Assembly: GCA_965285935.1 (NCBI GenBank)
Contig: OZ260661.1
Location: forward strand, 88,226,001-88,290,000
Direction: 5' to 3'
Origin: Ophelia neglecta
Taxonomy: Eukaryota
DNA: 64,000 nucleotides
Part shown: positions 27,880-40,122 of the stretch, piece after piece
How positions within the stretch are numbered: position 1 is the stretch's first letter
Layout of the letters: the number at the start of each line of letters is the position of its first letter
Made by a program: the position numbers and the translations under genes
The notes under the pieces: model-generated
Seen by the model: the letters and a program-made list of their open reading frames with translations, nothing else
Told to the model about the DNA's origin: nothing
Databases searched by the model: none

Positions 27880-29056
27880 TAAGCATTTAGAAACGCAGGC
27901 TATCATATTTGGATCGCTGCCAAGGCGGTTATCTTGGAAAATTTCGGAAAATTGAACGCAGTTTCCTGGAAACTAGAACTGTTGGTGAACCATGGTACTG
28001 ACTAAAATCACAATTACAGAATCACTTCAGCAACCTTACTTTTCGGCTTCGGCCTAATTGATAGGTTATTAAATAAGCTTAATTAGTATGATTTCACATT
28101 GTTTGCATCTAGTTCTATAATATGACAGTTGAAGCTTCAGCGTTAAACTTGCTCTTTGGTCGCGATCCCAGCTTATACCATCGGACATGTGTACTCTTGT
28201 ACAGTAACACATCTGTCCAGACACTCCAGACATAAGGTCTTATCAGTCATAAAAGCATAACATTAACATTGGTTTTAAATCAAATTCTTCAATAAAATCC
28301 ATTTCAACAAGCAATTTTAACAAAACTATTGCCTATATGCATACAGCTGCCCATCCCATTCAAAATGTCTACTTTTGAATGTTTTTATGTCTAGAACCAA
28401 CACCTCCATACAAAATGTAACAGCTGATGGAACAGAGGGTGGATAAAAATCAATAATAAAAGCAAATCTGTCGATGAATGGGGCTAGCCAGTTATTACAC
28501 AGCTGAAACACATATGGAGATATGCATGTACAAGTTACATTACAAGGGTTTTCAACAGACGGGGCTGAAAGCGAAGGCAGTAATGTTTCATTAGGAAAAC
28601 CCAATGAAACACATGCTAATGTCGAAACGTGTTTGCAAAATAAAACTTTGTCTTTGCATTTCCAATTTTAGTGTACACAGAAGTCCCTTCCACATTGTGA
28701 TAAAAAGGTTGGTGAAAGTTAGAGAACTTCCTGGTCGAGCAGGATCAATACTGTAGTCTCGTGTGCCCTGTTCAATAAAACAGTGTGAATAGCATTAGCT
28801 GTTCTATACAGTTAGGTCTTGAGAAATGACCGTACTGCATGTTATCAAGTCATTTTTTATAGTTCAAGGGTAAGATTAACAGATATAAACATATTGCATT
28901 TGGGCCTGTTTTCATTTGTAAATACTGATTTGTTATTCGTTTGACAAATCATCTGATGCGAAGCTTATAGGAAGAAAATCGTCGATTTAAAATATAAAGT
29001 TAGAGTTACATGTGTGTCATGTCACATGATCTCTGCCTGGTAGGTAAACACAAATA

Positions 29057-29182
29057 TCACAGGTAGGCCTACTTGTATCAGGATGGTAGCTAAAAAAACG
29101 CTTAGAAACTCTCGACTTATTTTTTAGTATAGATGTTTTTAGCAGTATTTCTCCTCAAACATCCTGATACAAATACCTGTGA
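29057..29182. mobile_element. Short MITE/inverted repeat whose left arm carries an extra GGCCTA
   Basis: Left arm TCACAGGTA[GGCCTA]CTTGTATCAGGATG (29057-29085); reverse complement of right arm TCACAGGTATTTGTATCAGGATG (29160-29182). Confidence 0.75.
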
Positions 29183-30619
29183 CAAATATAGGGGAAAGCA
29201 CGTCAAGACCAAGTTTATGGACTGACACAAGACCTGTATTATTGCATACTTTCTATATGCTTCCTTTAAAGCAAAACTGTTCGTTAGTGTTCCTTAATAA
29301 TAATAATGACAACCCTTTATAATGTCCTTAATAGGGGGAAGGCCAAGATATAGTTTCCCCTCTGCCTGTAGCAAGGTCACAAGTATATAAACACTGAGTA
29401 CTATGATAACAGTGCGAGACCAGGAAGGTTTGCTGGCAATTCTAAAAGGGATTTCCCCGAAAAAAGCATAGCTTGAAGTCTCTTGTCACGTGAACTAGCA
29501 ATTAGTTGAGTAGTGGCGGGTTGGTCACACTAAAAAGTAGAATCCTGTTTTCGCTTTCTCAACGCCGGAGTGAAATACGTAGAATTTGGTTTATTCATAA
29601 TTGCCTGATTTCCGATTCTATTTATGCTTGTCAAAATTTCCTTGTTTTCCATTATTGTCAGGTCTATAAGCCTCATGCCACATCCTTGTGCTGGGGCACG
29701 CCGTTAAAACGGTTAAAAATTCAATGAAGGTTTCAAAACATATTCAAATATAATTATACATCAAGTATAAATAAATGGCATATCCCTTATAATATTGTTG
29801 GCCTATATGGTTATATGCGGGGATACCAAATAATAGTAGGTGCAAAATAGCCAACTTTATGTAAATTTAGGCCAATAGGCCTACATAAAAGCCAGGAGAG
29901 ACGGTTCTCATAATCCTTGCTCTTTTCCTTTCATCATAAACATTCACTATAGGTTCAGGGATGTAGCCTTTTAATGTTTTCTACGTGCATGTTACAGGTT
30001 TTACCCGTCACAGAAAAGGGCAGGATTTCATTTTTTAATGATCCCTCTTATAAGTGTTAACTGTATATATACAGATTAACTGTATGTCAACTATCAAACT
30101 ATCTATCTATCTATCAAACTACACGTGCACTGTATAGTAAATAAACAACATTATGCTGTTATCTTCGCGCGCAAAGCTCATGAGCCGTATATGATAAATA
30201 TATTATTAAAACTACAGTACATTTCTTTTACTATCACAGTGCTGGAACGGATAAGCGTACCGTATGTTACGGTAATCAAACATTGCGCATGTCAAAGCGC
30301 TGTCGCAGGTAATGCCTGATGTTAAGTCTGTTAAAGATGGCACAGTCCAAGATCCTCGTGCTCCGTAGCAATAAATACAGAACAAAATATGCAGCCGTTC
30401 GTTAACTCGTATTAGCGAATTAAATGGATAAATGTTGCTCATAAGTTGGCTTGATAAGCGTAATGGTTTTTGCCCAAATGGACAAAATAAGCATAAAGGC
30501 ACCAGAATGCATCTTATATGACTTTACAGCATAGATCAACTGGGCTTTATCTTTTCCGTCAATTTATAGTTATTAATATCTAGTAGTACGTCCTCTGTAG
30601 ACCAAGCATATACTCAGAC

Positions 30620-31260
30620 TGAAGCACTTCATGGAGGCCATGGTCGCACATACATGTTTAGAGAGCCTCGCTGCATCTAATCTCTGAAGGAGTCTTCCAA
30701 GGACACAAATTCAAGGTCACTGACTTGTCTATCATTCAAATATCCAATGCAGGTTTCTTCGACAGGGGGTGGCAGGGCTGCTTTTGTTGTCCCATCTGAG
30801 ACCTGCCCAGACTAGAGCGTTGACTAAATTGTATTCACGATAAGCGCAAGGTTCACATCAAGTGTACCCTTGAGAAACCACGATGGCACGGGATCCAGCG
30901 AGTAGCTTTATGTGATGATTTGTTGATGGTCCTTATTTGTTAGAGTCAGTGAGTCAAAGAAAACAACAGGGATAGATGTACATATCAAATATGAATTTGT
31001 CTAATTCTGGCAAAGAATATTTTAGTTTCTTCTCTATTTTCTCCTGGAAGAATGATACAACGACCTAGAATCAGAGTCAGCTTCCTTGATTTCAGTGTTA
31101 GAAAGGGGTATGCTTTGCTCTACCAAGCTAATTATTGTAGGCCTTTTGGTCGAGTTTATGGAGAGTTTCATCACATAACGGTTTAGATCTACGCATGACA
31201 CGGTCGAACCTGCGACGTTCACATCTAGAAATCGTTTTTAAACAATGAGAACATGGCATT
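30620..31260 (-). mobile_element. Decayed L2-clade LINE ORF2 fragment (pre-RT region)
   Basis: Minus strand at 30898-30869 reads LDPVPSWFLK, followed by SKKPALD and RQVSDLEFVS. This matches the L2 signature LDPIPTxLLK...LLKKPxLD...YRPVSNLxFxSK. Stops and frameshifts present. Confidence 0.8.
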
Positions 31261-31292
31261 ATTTATGAGATATAAAACTTGCATCTGAGGAT

Positions 31293-31440
31293 GTTGTTGT
31301 TGTTGTTGTTGTTTTACGTGGCTTTCAACACTTATCGGTCATATCGCCACTGTGCCCACCGGTGACAGTGGGCTCAATGCGCTCTTTAGAGTGCTGCCTT
31401 ACTGGAGTACCTGCCGTAGACACCTGACAGGGAACCCCAC
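31293..31440 (-). mobile_element. 5'-truncated SINE (V-SINE-like body) with (CAA)n tail and 13-bp TSD
   Basis: TGCATCTGAGGAT is duplicated exactly at 31280-31292 and 31441-31453. The insert begins with (GTT)n, i.e. a (CAA)n 3' tail on the minus strand. The minus-strand body CCAGTAAGGCAGCACTCTAAAG...GATATGACCGATAAGTGTTGAAAG resembles invertebrate V-domain SINEs (family name from recall, less certain than the structure). Confidence 0.85.
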
Positions 31441-34400
31441 TGCATCTGAGGATATTAGATTATCATTTTAAAAATTATTGTAGCGCCAATGCTCCTTACA
31501 TTTGTGGCAGGCAAAATGTGATAAAAAAACCCCACTATTTCGACTATGTTAAATCTATAAAAACCAACCCAGCAGTGAAAGATGGTCTAGCATATCATTT
31601 TACTTTTCATTTATATGTCATTCCATTTTAAAACAAGACCCAGGGGACTATGCAGGCCCCCTGACCCCCATATGGGATTTATCGTAAAATTCTAGTAATG
31701 CCCCCCACCCCCATAAGACATGGCTAAAAGCCTGCTATTATATTACTGTAAGTCCCACAACGATTAACTTTTCAAGCCAAATATTCCATTACTAAATTCT
31801 CTCCAGTGCGCTAGCGGCGGCCAAAGAACTGATAACGATGATTTGGGACTACTTAGAAAATAATGTAATCAGGCATAACCTGCCCCGTTGATTTCGGCAT
31901 GAGCCATTTAAAAATCTTCGTGAAGCATGCGTTACGCTTATCCGTGTTCACACATTGGTAGGAGGCGGATCATTGTGACTGGATGTTCCATTTCAGGCTT
32001 ATAGCTTTTCGGGAAAGACTTAGGTGCATCAATACCTACGTTTGTTTACACAAAAATAATTAAATGCACGATGACTTCACGTGATTTGCCAGTGAAACCA
32101 GTCGGACTTTGACAAAGTGTCACGACAGTTCCACGAAACAAGGATAGAACGGCAGCACTCTAGACATACAAGTTCATTTTTCCCCAAGGAGACCATGTTT
32201 CGATGAACAACAAAGTGTTCTCCACATTGTTGAGCTAGACGACAATATATTATTATTCCTAAATGGTCGATATATTTAGCCAATATTTACGTTTTGGTCT
32301 TTTTTTGATATTATATTTATCTAATTTACAGTGAGATCAACTTACTTGTTTGCAACCTTTCATCTATAACTATAATATATCTGATCTCTGAGCTGATACC
32401 GGAATTTCTTTGTGTACAGTACTATAGTAATTCATCCGTTTATTATAGGATGTGACCAGCAACGAATTCTCCCCTTAAAAAACTGTGTGTACATAAGTAA
32501 AAATTAATATTAAATATGTGTATCTGCATAGACAAGACTTTTATAAGTTAAAGGTTGCGTGAAAAAATTCAAATACCCCCCACATGATGTGAGCACGGCA
32601 AATTCAACAATGCGTTCTGTGTAATTAAAAATAATAGTCTCATGTGATTAGAGTCGGTTCCGTGACAATTATACGGCCTAATATAAACAGTCATGTTGTC
32701 ATCGGATATTATGAATTGGGACAAAAGACTTGTATATCAAGTGAAGAAAAAATTGAAGCAGTTGAAATCGCTGACTGTCTTGGTCAATCAAAGAAGTGTT
32801 GTTTTTGTCTCGTGTTCGGTGGAATGGCTTGGTAGATGGTCTATTAATTGGCAGATGTCATATTATTCCCGTACTGGTTATATAATTTAAAGTCCATGTC
32901 TATTACCAAACATTCCTGTTGATTGAAAACAATAAATGTCAATGAATTAAATTTATTTGTTTTCTGTCTCTATAGCCTTTATAAAACAGCGTGTTGGCAC
33001 AAACATTATAGTCTCGCCAAACACCAGCCGGTGCCAAAAGTTGTGAAATCAGCCAGACGACACAGCCATGGTAATGTGGGTGTTATGGTTGTGTAATAAC
33101 ATGGCACGCTTGACAAACGCAATAATAACGCTAGTTACACTTAGGGAAAATTGTGTAATGAAATCCGACAAATAAACTGACTTCTATAAATGAACGTCAA
33201 GTGCAATTACAACTGATTCCCATGCAGTCAACAAATAACACGTTTTCGTCACATTACATAATCTCATAAAATTTAATATAAATGCAAGAATTAACGTCTT
33301 TGCGGATTAATTCTATATTGGAAAACAAGCACTTGATCAGATTTTTGTTCTTGGTGGGTTGCCATATATAGGCTCATACATTGTTGTCACTGCCGGATTT
33401 AGATTTTCAGTGATGGGTGGGGGTGGGGGGGGGGGGGGTGCTATTATGTTGAGAGTGTTGGTTATAAGGTACCCCCTCTGGGAGGAGGCTATGAGCACTT
33501 GCCTCAAAGCTGCACACCGCGTGTGTTTTGACCATTTACATGCCTGTCATACGGGCCTACTCCTTATTTGTTTGTTAAAGCGGTTTCATCATAATAGTAA
33601 GACCATCAGTTGATAGCTTTAGTCATATTTACAGATTATAAACTGTAACAACAATAGGTTAGTAGCTGGCGGTTAATACATTATGATGTTTACGCGAAGC
33701 CTAGTAGGTAGTGAACTTTGGGACAGACGAGCTGCGTCAATGGACAAGTATATTACGCCTAGTTGCATTCTATTGATTACGGCTAACGCAGTCAATAAAC
33801 ATCTCATAAATATTCCGGAATGAATTATGCCAAATCTATGAATGCCATTGTGTTTTGTAGACGAATTGAACTTTACAAAGCAGCTTGGCACATAGGAACA
33901 AACATATTCATTGATCTAGTATTAACTGTATTAATGACCCAGACAGGCAAGTTTAACTTGATTCTACTTGTCTAATCTTACATCAACACTTTACATGGAA
34001 TGTAAGCTTTATGGCTTCTGAAAAATGAAAAAATGAGCACACTCCTTGTTTGATGGGATTTTGCAAAGGACTCATTATTTAATAAACTTAAAGTGACTTA
34101 CAAGACTTGATACTCGCGATTTGCTATACGTACTTTATATCTTAATATTTCATCTCTGGTTGTGCATAGCTTGTAATATAAATTTTGGGCTTTGATTATT
34201 TTGCAAAACACATTTGAGCGGAACACAATTTATTTATCAAACCCTGGGTGTAAGGATAAACATCCTCGATAGTAACGCCACAATGTTAATGGTTTGACAA
34301 ACATATAGGCCTATATCTTATAATTAATTTGTGATTTTACAATATTATGAAAAATAGAAACAGTTCTAGCAGCACGGTCGGGGACGTGAATAGAATATAA

Positions 34401-37267
34401 TTATGCCTAGATTCGGTATTTATCTGCAAGGAATCGTAAACAAAGGTGCCAGGTCTTGGCATGGTGATATGGTATGTAGCCAGGAAAACCGATCAGTGGA
34501 TTAAACTGGTGCCAGGAAAAAGTCAAGACGGCTTGGCCATAGTCGTGATATAACGACCGGTTGGCGTGCCGTAACCCAGCTAATTAAAGTATTTTTCACC
34601 ACAGATCTAGGCCCTTGATAATCCTAAATATATTCCACCCGAATGAGAAGGAACAAGCGGCTTCCGGAATCAACATCCGGTTCTCAAGGTGATTAATATT
34701 AATAGCTTGCCAACCAAATATTTTAACCGGGTATTGACACGAATTGGTTTGATGTTAATAGGCTTGAATAGTCTTAATTGATGCAAAGATTCCCGGACCC
34801 TAAATTGAAAATTACCAATGAAGAGGCCCCGAGGACATAATAATCAGAATGTCAGGAAATAGGGCGATAAAGACAATACCCATTTAGCCTATTTAGGCTG
34901 GTGCAGGTTCTACTCATCTTTTGAAAGAAAAAGAAACACAGATATCTGCCAAGATTTAATGCGCATATAAAGTAGTGAAAATAAAAAACTGCCAAAATGT
35001 GGTGCCGCAGAATTTTCTATAGAAAATAAGTACTCCAAGATTGAGATACAGGCTTATAGTATTTACCTCTATTAAGGAATACACTAAGTAGCTTTCTAGG
35101 CCTAGACACGTCAAGTCCCATGTTAGACTCGTTTGGCTAACTGAACTGAAGCCTGGTTATGATGCATGCACCAACAGCGAACCTCTTGTACCTTATAGGA
35201 ACATGTAATTAGAACAATGAGGGGAGCACGTGAAAAGTTGTGCTGGGTAGGGAATTTTTGTTATTATAGATAATCGTTTAATGTAGAAAGATGGAAAATT
35301 AGGCGGTTTTCGATTTTACCTCAAAGTGGCACATTTTAAGGGTTAAATGTTAGCGGATTTGTTGAAAGGGTGTACCTAGGCCTGATGACTTATTCATAAA
35401 ACTTATTAATATCTTTTCAAAATGGCACAGGAAATGTTGGCGGTTTCAGGTTAACTATGTGCACCGAATCAGCCAACTTTTCCTGTCGGCCAACATTCAG
35501 GAAATTTCTGGCTGGCTAAAGAAGCGTTCCTTAGCTATATGGCACACGTATGCTACACAAAACTAAATCTGGCCCGGTCTGCTAGAAAGACTAACCCAAG
35601 TTTTTTCTTTGCTGACAAATGTATCTTTGTTTCCTGAGTCAAACTTAGACAATATTTTCTAGCTTCAAACCCCCCTATGAATGTTTTATCATTACCTCAG
35701 AGTCACGGAATATTAGGCATCATACAGACATAGATATCTAACTATAGGCCCGCCCTTTAACATCGACATATAGGTGTACTTGGCCTTAATGTTTGAAAAT
35801 AATTGACTTGGGGGGGGGGGGGGGGTAGTACACTATGCACTGATAGGTAAGAAGACCGTTAAGTGTATGATTATAGCTAAGGCACGATGACAGTTAAATT
35901 AATTATCTTTTAACAAGCAACCCATCAGTCTTTCATGTAGTTTATCCATAGAAATGCAGGAAAGCGGTTGACTTCTTATATATTACTTCTTAATACAGGG
36001 AACACCGATTGGGACTGTGGCCTCTAAGTTCGGACGCTATTTTTGTGCAGTCTTCTAGTGTGTCACAAGTACACTAGACAACTTTCTATTTGCTACTTTC
36101 CATGATAAATCTATTTTGAGACATCTATTTTAGTCTCTGGCCTAGTGATCTGAACTATGAATCTAGTCATAAACACTAATAACTGTCTTCCTTGTCACCT
36201 GGCAACACACTTATATACATTAACATGCAATTTATTATGGTATTTGCCTTTATAAACGGTTCGCCCGGTACACCCAAACCGTCTCGATCCACGTTTTATA
36301 CGAGTTCGCTGCGAAAGGCCTACAAAGGTTTAAACCATGCCGTGAATTTTGCGTTCTGGGGTGGGGTGGGGGTGCTAGAGTGAGAGGGAGGAGGCAGGAA
36401 GGAATACGAGAGAACTAAGGTGGTGAGCAGGAGAGGGGTTAGTGGCGGTTGGGCAGGAGTGGAGGAAGGCTGGGTCCATGGGGGGTATATATAAATGAGT
36501 AGACTGGCGATAGGACAGTAAATGTTGTGCTAGGTAGAGTCGTTTTATGTTTTTTTTAGCACGAATCAAACATGCATCTACTTTCGTCTTGGTGACTTTA
36601 TTACATGTACATGTTTTTTCAACCAGGAGAGTTGGAGAATCGGGTCATATGTCATTCATTTTAAACTTAAACTGTACGTGTTGCCGCAATTTATATTTTC
36701 ATATTGCGACCGTGTGATTTATATATTTTTCTCATACACTACTTAATTGAAATGGAATAAAGTAAAATGTCAACTTTAATGAATTATCGTTTCATGGTTT
36801 AACACCTTTTTATTTTGCTTTCGCCCCAAGTTAGTCGCTAATGAAAAATTCTATTCTCAAAAACACTTCCAACTTAAAGCGATGCTGCCCAATTCACCTT
36901 GATATTCACGGGTCACTGCTAGTATCTCTTATAATACTGAATTATAGCCAAATGATAACAGCTGATATTATACAATAAGAAAACAGATCCTGTAATAATT
37001 CACAATAGCTAATACTATCAAATAACGATCTCATCACCAGTCAGTCAGCCTCCTGCTAATAGTTTACAATATAAATATATGAAGGAAATATCGCAATATT
37101 ATTCATATCCGGCTGTTGAGAGTTTTCTCCCTGAATTCCTCCTCGTTCTCCTCGGCATTTTAAGATCTTCAGAACACAGCCTGACAAAATTTTCCACAGA
37201 CGTAGCTAACTTGATCTCTCATAGCATGGCTTGTTCAGAATATGTCGGTAGTCTTGGCCATATCATA

Positions 37268-37795
37268 ACCATGTTGTCACCGTGACCATGTCGATGGTCG
37301 TGACTAAGTCGTCACCGTGACCACGTAAATGGTCGTGACCAAGTCGTCACCATGACAATGTCGATGGTCGTCACCAATTCGTCCCCGCGTCGATGGTTGT
37401 GAGCACGTCGTCACCGTGACCATATCGATGGTCTTAACCACGTCGTCACGGTGATCATGTCGGTGGTCGTGACCATTTCGTCACCGTGTTGTTATTCGTG
37501 ACCACGTCGTCACCATGACCATGTCGGTGGTCGTGACCATTTCGTCACCGTGTTGTTAGTCGTGACCACGTCGTCACCATGAGCATGTCGGTGGTCGTGA
37601 CTATTTCGTCACCGTGTTGTTAGTCGTGACCACGTCGTCCCCATGACCATGTCGATGGTCGTGACCATTTCGTCATCGTGACCACACCGATGGTCTAAAC
37701 CACGTCGTCATTGTGATCATGTCGATGATCGTGATGTCATCACCGTGACCATGCGATAATCGTGACCATGGCGCCACGGTGACCATGTCGATGAG
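37268..37795. repeat. CpG-rich minisatellite (~35-bp unit) with a 64-bp higher-order repeat
   Basis: Unit CGTCACCGTGACCATGTCGATGGTCGTGACCA(CGT/TTT). The variant TCACCGTGTTGTTA recurs at 37481, 37545 and 37609. Confidence 0.95.
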
Positions 37796-37939
37796 TCTCG
37801 GTAATAGCCAGAGCCATTATTTTCCCCACTCAAATTTCCCTTATTTCGGTTAACAAAAAAAAGCCTTGATGATGTCCTATCAATGTTTATTAGGCCTATT
37901 TTCATTAAATATGATTGTCAACGTTTTATTTGGGTTGGC

Positions 37940-38020
37940 GGGACCATTATGTCTGGGACCAGTGTCCGGGACCAGTTTGTCCGGCTCCATTCTGTCCAGG
38001 ACCGTTTTGTACGGGTACCG
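37940..38020. repeat. Short GGGACCAxTxTGTCC (~15-bp) tandem, probable MITE end
   Basis: About five diverged units ending in GGGTACC. Confidence 0.6.
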
Positions 38021-39759
38021 CCGAAAAACCATGAACATTTCACAGTGTGTGGCTGATTTTAAACAGCCAATGCCTAATAAGAATGATATCAGAGCTAATT
38101 GTCCTGGGTTTTGTCCGTGCAGAGTCAACTAATAAATTATATAATAAAGACGTCCCGATCTAGGCCATACACACAGTGAACCAGACATGTATATCACAGA
38201 TATTTTGTCAGCCAGACACCATCAATCAGAAAACTCACAGTTTATCTGTTGAGGCAAGACTTTGTGAAGGCCCTGCATCCCTGGATGGAAATCAAATACG
38301 GCAAAAACCGTAATAAAATCGTACAGATGGGGTTTGTTTTAAGACCCCCCTGCACACCTTCTTCATCGGTCTTGGTGGCCCACTCACCATAAGCACAGGG
38401 ATGTCCCACAGTTTATACCATTGCATGCTGTTGCCTCTCGACTGAAAAAAGCTGCAAAGGGCAGTGGCAGCTGCAGGCAGACCCTCTTCATAAAAGCCTC
38501 AGTCTGTCACCCAGTCAGCCTCATAGAAATAATCAGACCAGCTGTCCTGGTCCCTGGAAACAAGGCAATTGCATGGGGTAATAAGAATCTGTACTTTGGG
38601 CTGTCAGCATTATATTAGACTACTGCCAAAAACTGACCATTACAAGTTATTGCCTTCTACACAATCTAGAATTTACGTCTAGTTTAGTTGGTTAATCGCT
38701 TATCTTGTCCTAGATTACAGACTTCTCCGTGCCATGTTCACACTTCATCTTGACATTGTCTGACTATACCGTCCCTCTTGCCATTACAGTAGCCTTTCTC
38801 GACATATCCCCTTCGGATAGTCATTTAGAGTTTTCCAACGCCTGCCAACCTCTCTTCCCTTCCCGTCCCAGTTTGTCTACTTTTCTCTTGGCAATATGCC
38901 TCCTGTAGGAGCATTTAACCTATATTCTCTATATTTCAGTGTGAGTTAACTATTCTTTTCATATTATCTGATTATGCAGACCTCGCCTATTATTCTACTC
39001 TGTCGATTTCTCTTGTTTTTTTGCCACATAATCAGTCAGTGCCAATCGTGACTATTAGCAAATAGTCACGATATGCATTGACAGATTGTAAATGGCGTGT
39101 ATTCTTTTCTTTGACCCCCGATCACTGACTTCTTTGCTTCATTTTAATTTTTCCCTGGCCTGTTCTTCGCGTAGCCCGTGTTCTCTGTCCACTTCACTTG
39201 CCCTTTCCATACACAGGTGACCTAAACGACACTGGAATAAAAAACGGGAATTATGCCGATACAAACAGCTTACAAATATGGTTATCGCCATACCCAGTAC
39301 AAGATAAACAACACGATAACCGAAGGTGAATTATATAAAAGGCCTACAAAACTCAGTTTAAATTCCACTTATTATGAGGTGATAGCGGCTATCATCATAT
39401 CAAAATAACACAGTTTAATGCCACGTCCTCGAATGATCGTGATAAACACTGCGTTATATAGTTGTCATAAAACACCAAAAATACCGAGGCTATATGGTTA
39501 ATAATTCCGACCATTTTCTGTTATTATAAGCCAAAGCTATGAGTTCGGGATATTAATAGCGATATTATAATTCTGTAAAGTTAGACTTGCGCTGTACATA
39601 ATGTATCTGTTGTGTGTAAACTATTCTTGTTTCTCAATCTTAGTGTACCGACTTCTGTTCGGCCCAAATCTGATTTTTTTTGCCATAATCGACTAGTCCT
39701 CTCTGCTCACCTTGGTCCCGAGTGTCTACAATATACATACTTATTTATATATAGGCCTA

Positions 39760-39936
39760 CAGTGAAACCTGTGAATTAAGACCACCTAAGGGACTGGAAA
39801 ATACTGGTCTGATTATACAGGTGGTCTGTTTACACAGGTTATTTTACATCCAAAGCGTACATTGGGTCTTCATATAAGTGGTCTGAATTGACAGGTGGTC
39901 TGGTCATAGAGGTGGTCTTTAAGGCAGGTTTCACTG
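39760..39936. mobile_element. Complete Tc1/mariner/pogo-type MITE (177 bp), TA TSD
   Basis: TA|CAGTGAAACCTG ... CAGGTTTCACTG|TA: perfect 12-bp TIRs, TA on both flanks, internal GACCACC/GGTGGTC repeats. Confidence 0.9.
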
Positions 39937-40065
39937 TATATATATATGAATAGATATAATTTTATTAGTCAGATTTTCTTCTCCGTGCAAATGGTGTGTC
40001 CAATTCTTTTCTTGCCATATTTTTCCCTTTAACTTTAGAACATAGTCTGCCGGTTCCAGTCTTTT

Positions 40066-40122
40066 CCAGTCTGTTGCCTCCAGTCTGCTGCCTCCAGTCT
40101 GCTGCCTCCAGTCTGCTGCCTC
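40066..40122. repeat. 14-bp tandem repeat CCAGTCTGCTGCCT x4
   Basis: Directly visible; the first copy has one substitution. Confidence 0.9.

Noticed and set aside
31195-31235. tRNA T-loop-like GGTTCGA on the minus strand
   Set aside because: No cloverleaf or A box, and it lies within the decayed L2 coding region.
37268-37795. CRISPR-like periodic array
   Set aside because: No unique spacers, no cas genes, and a eukaryotic context.
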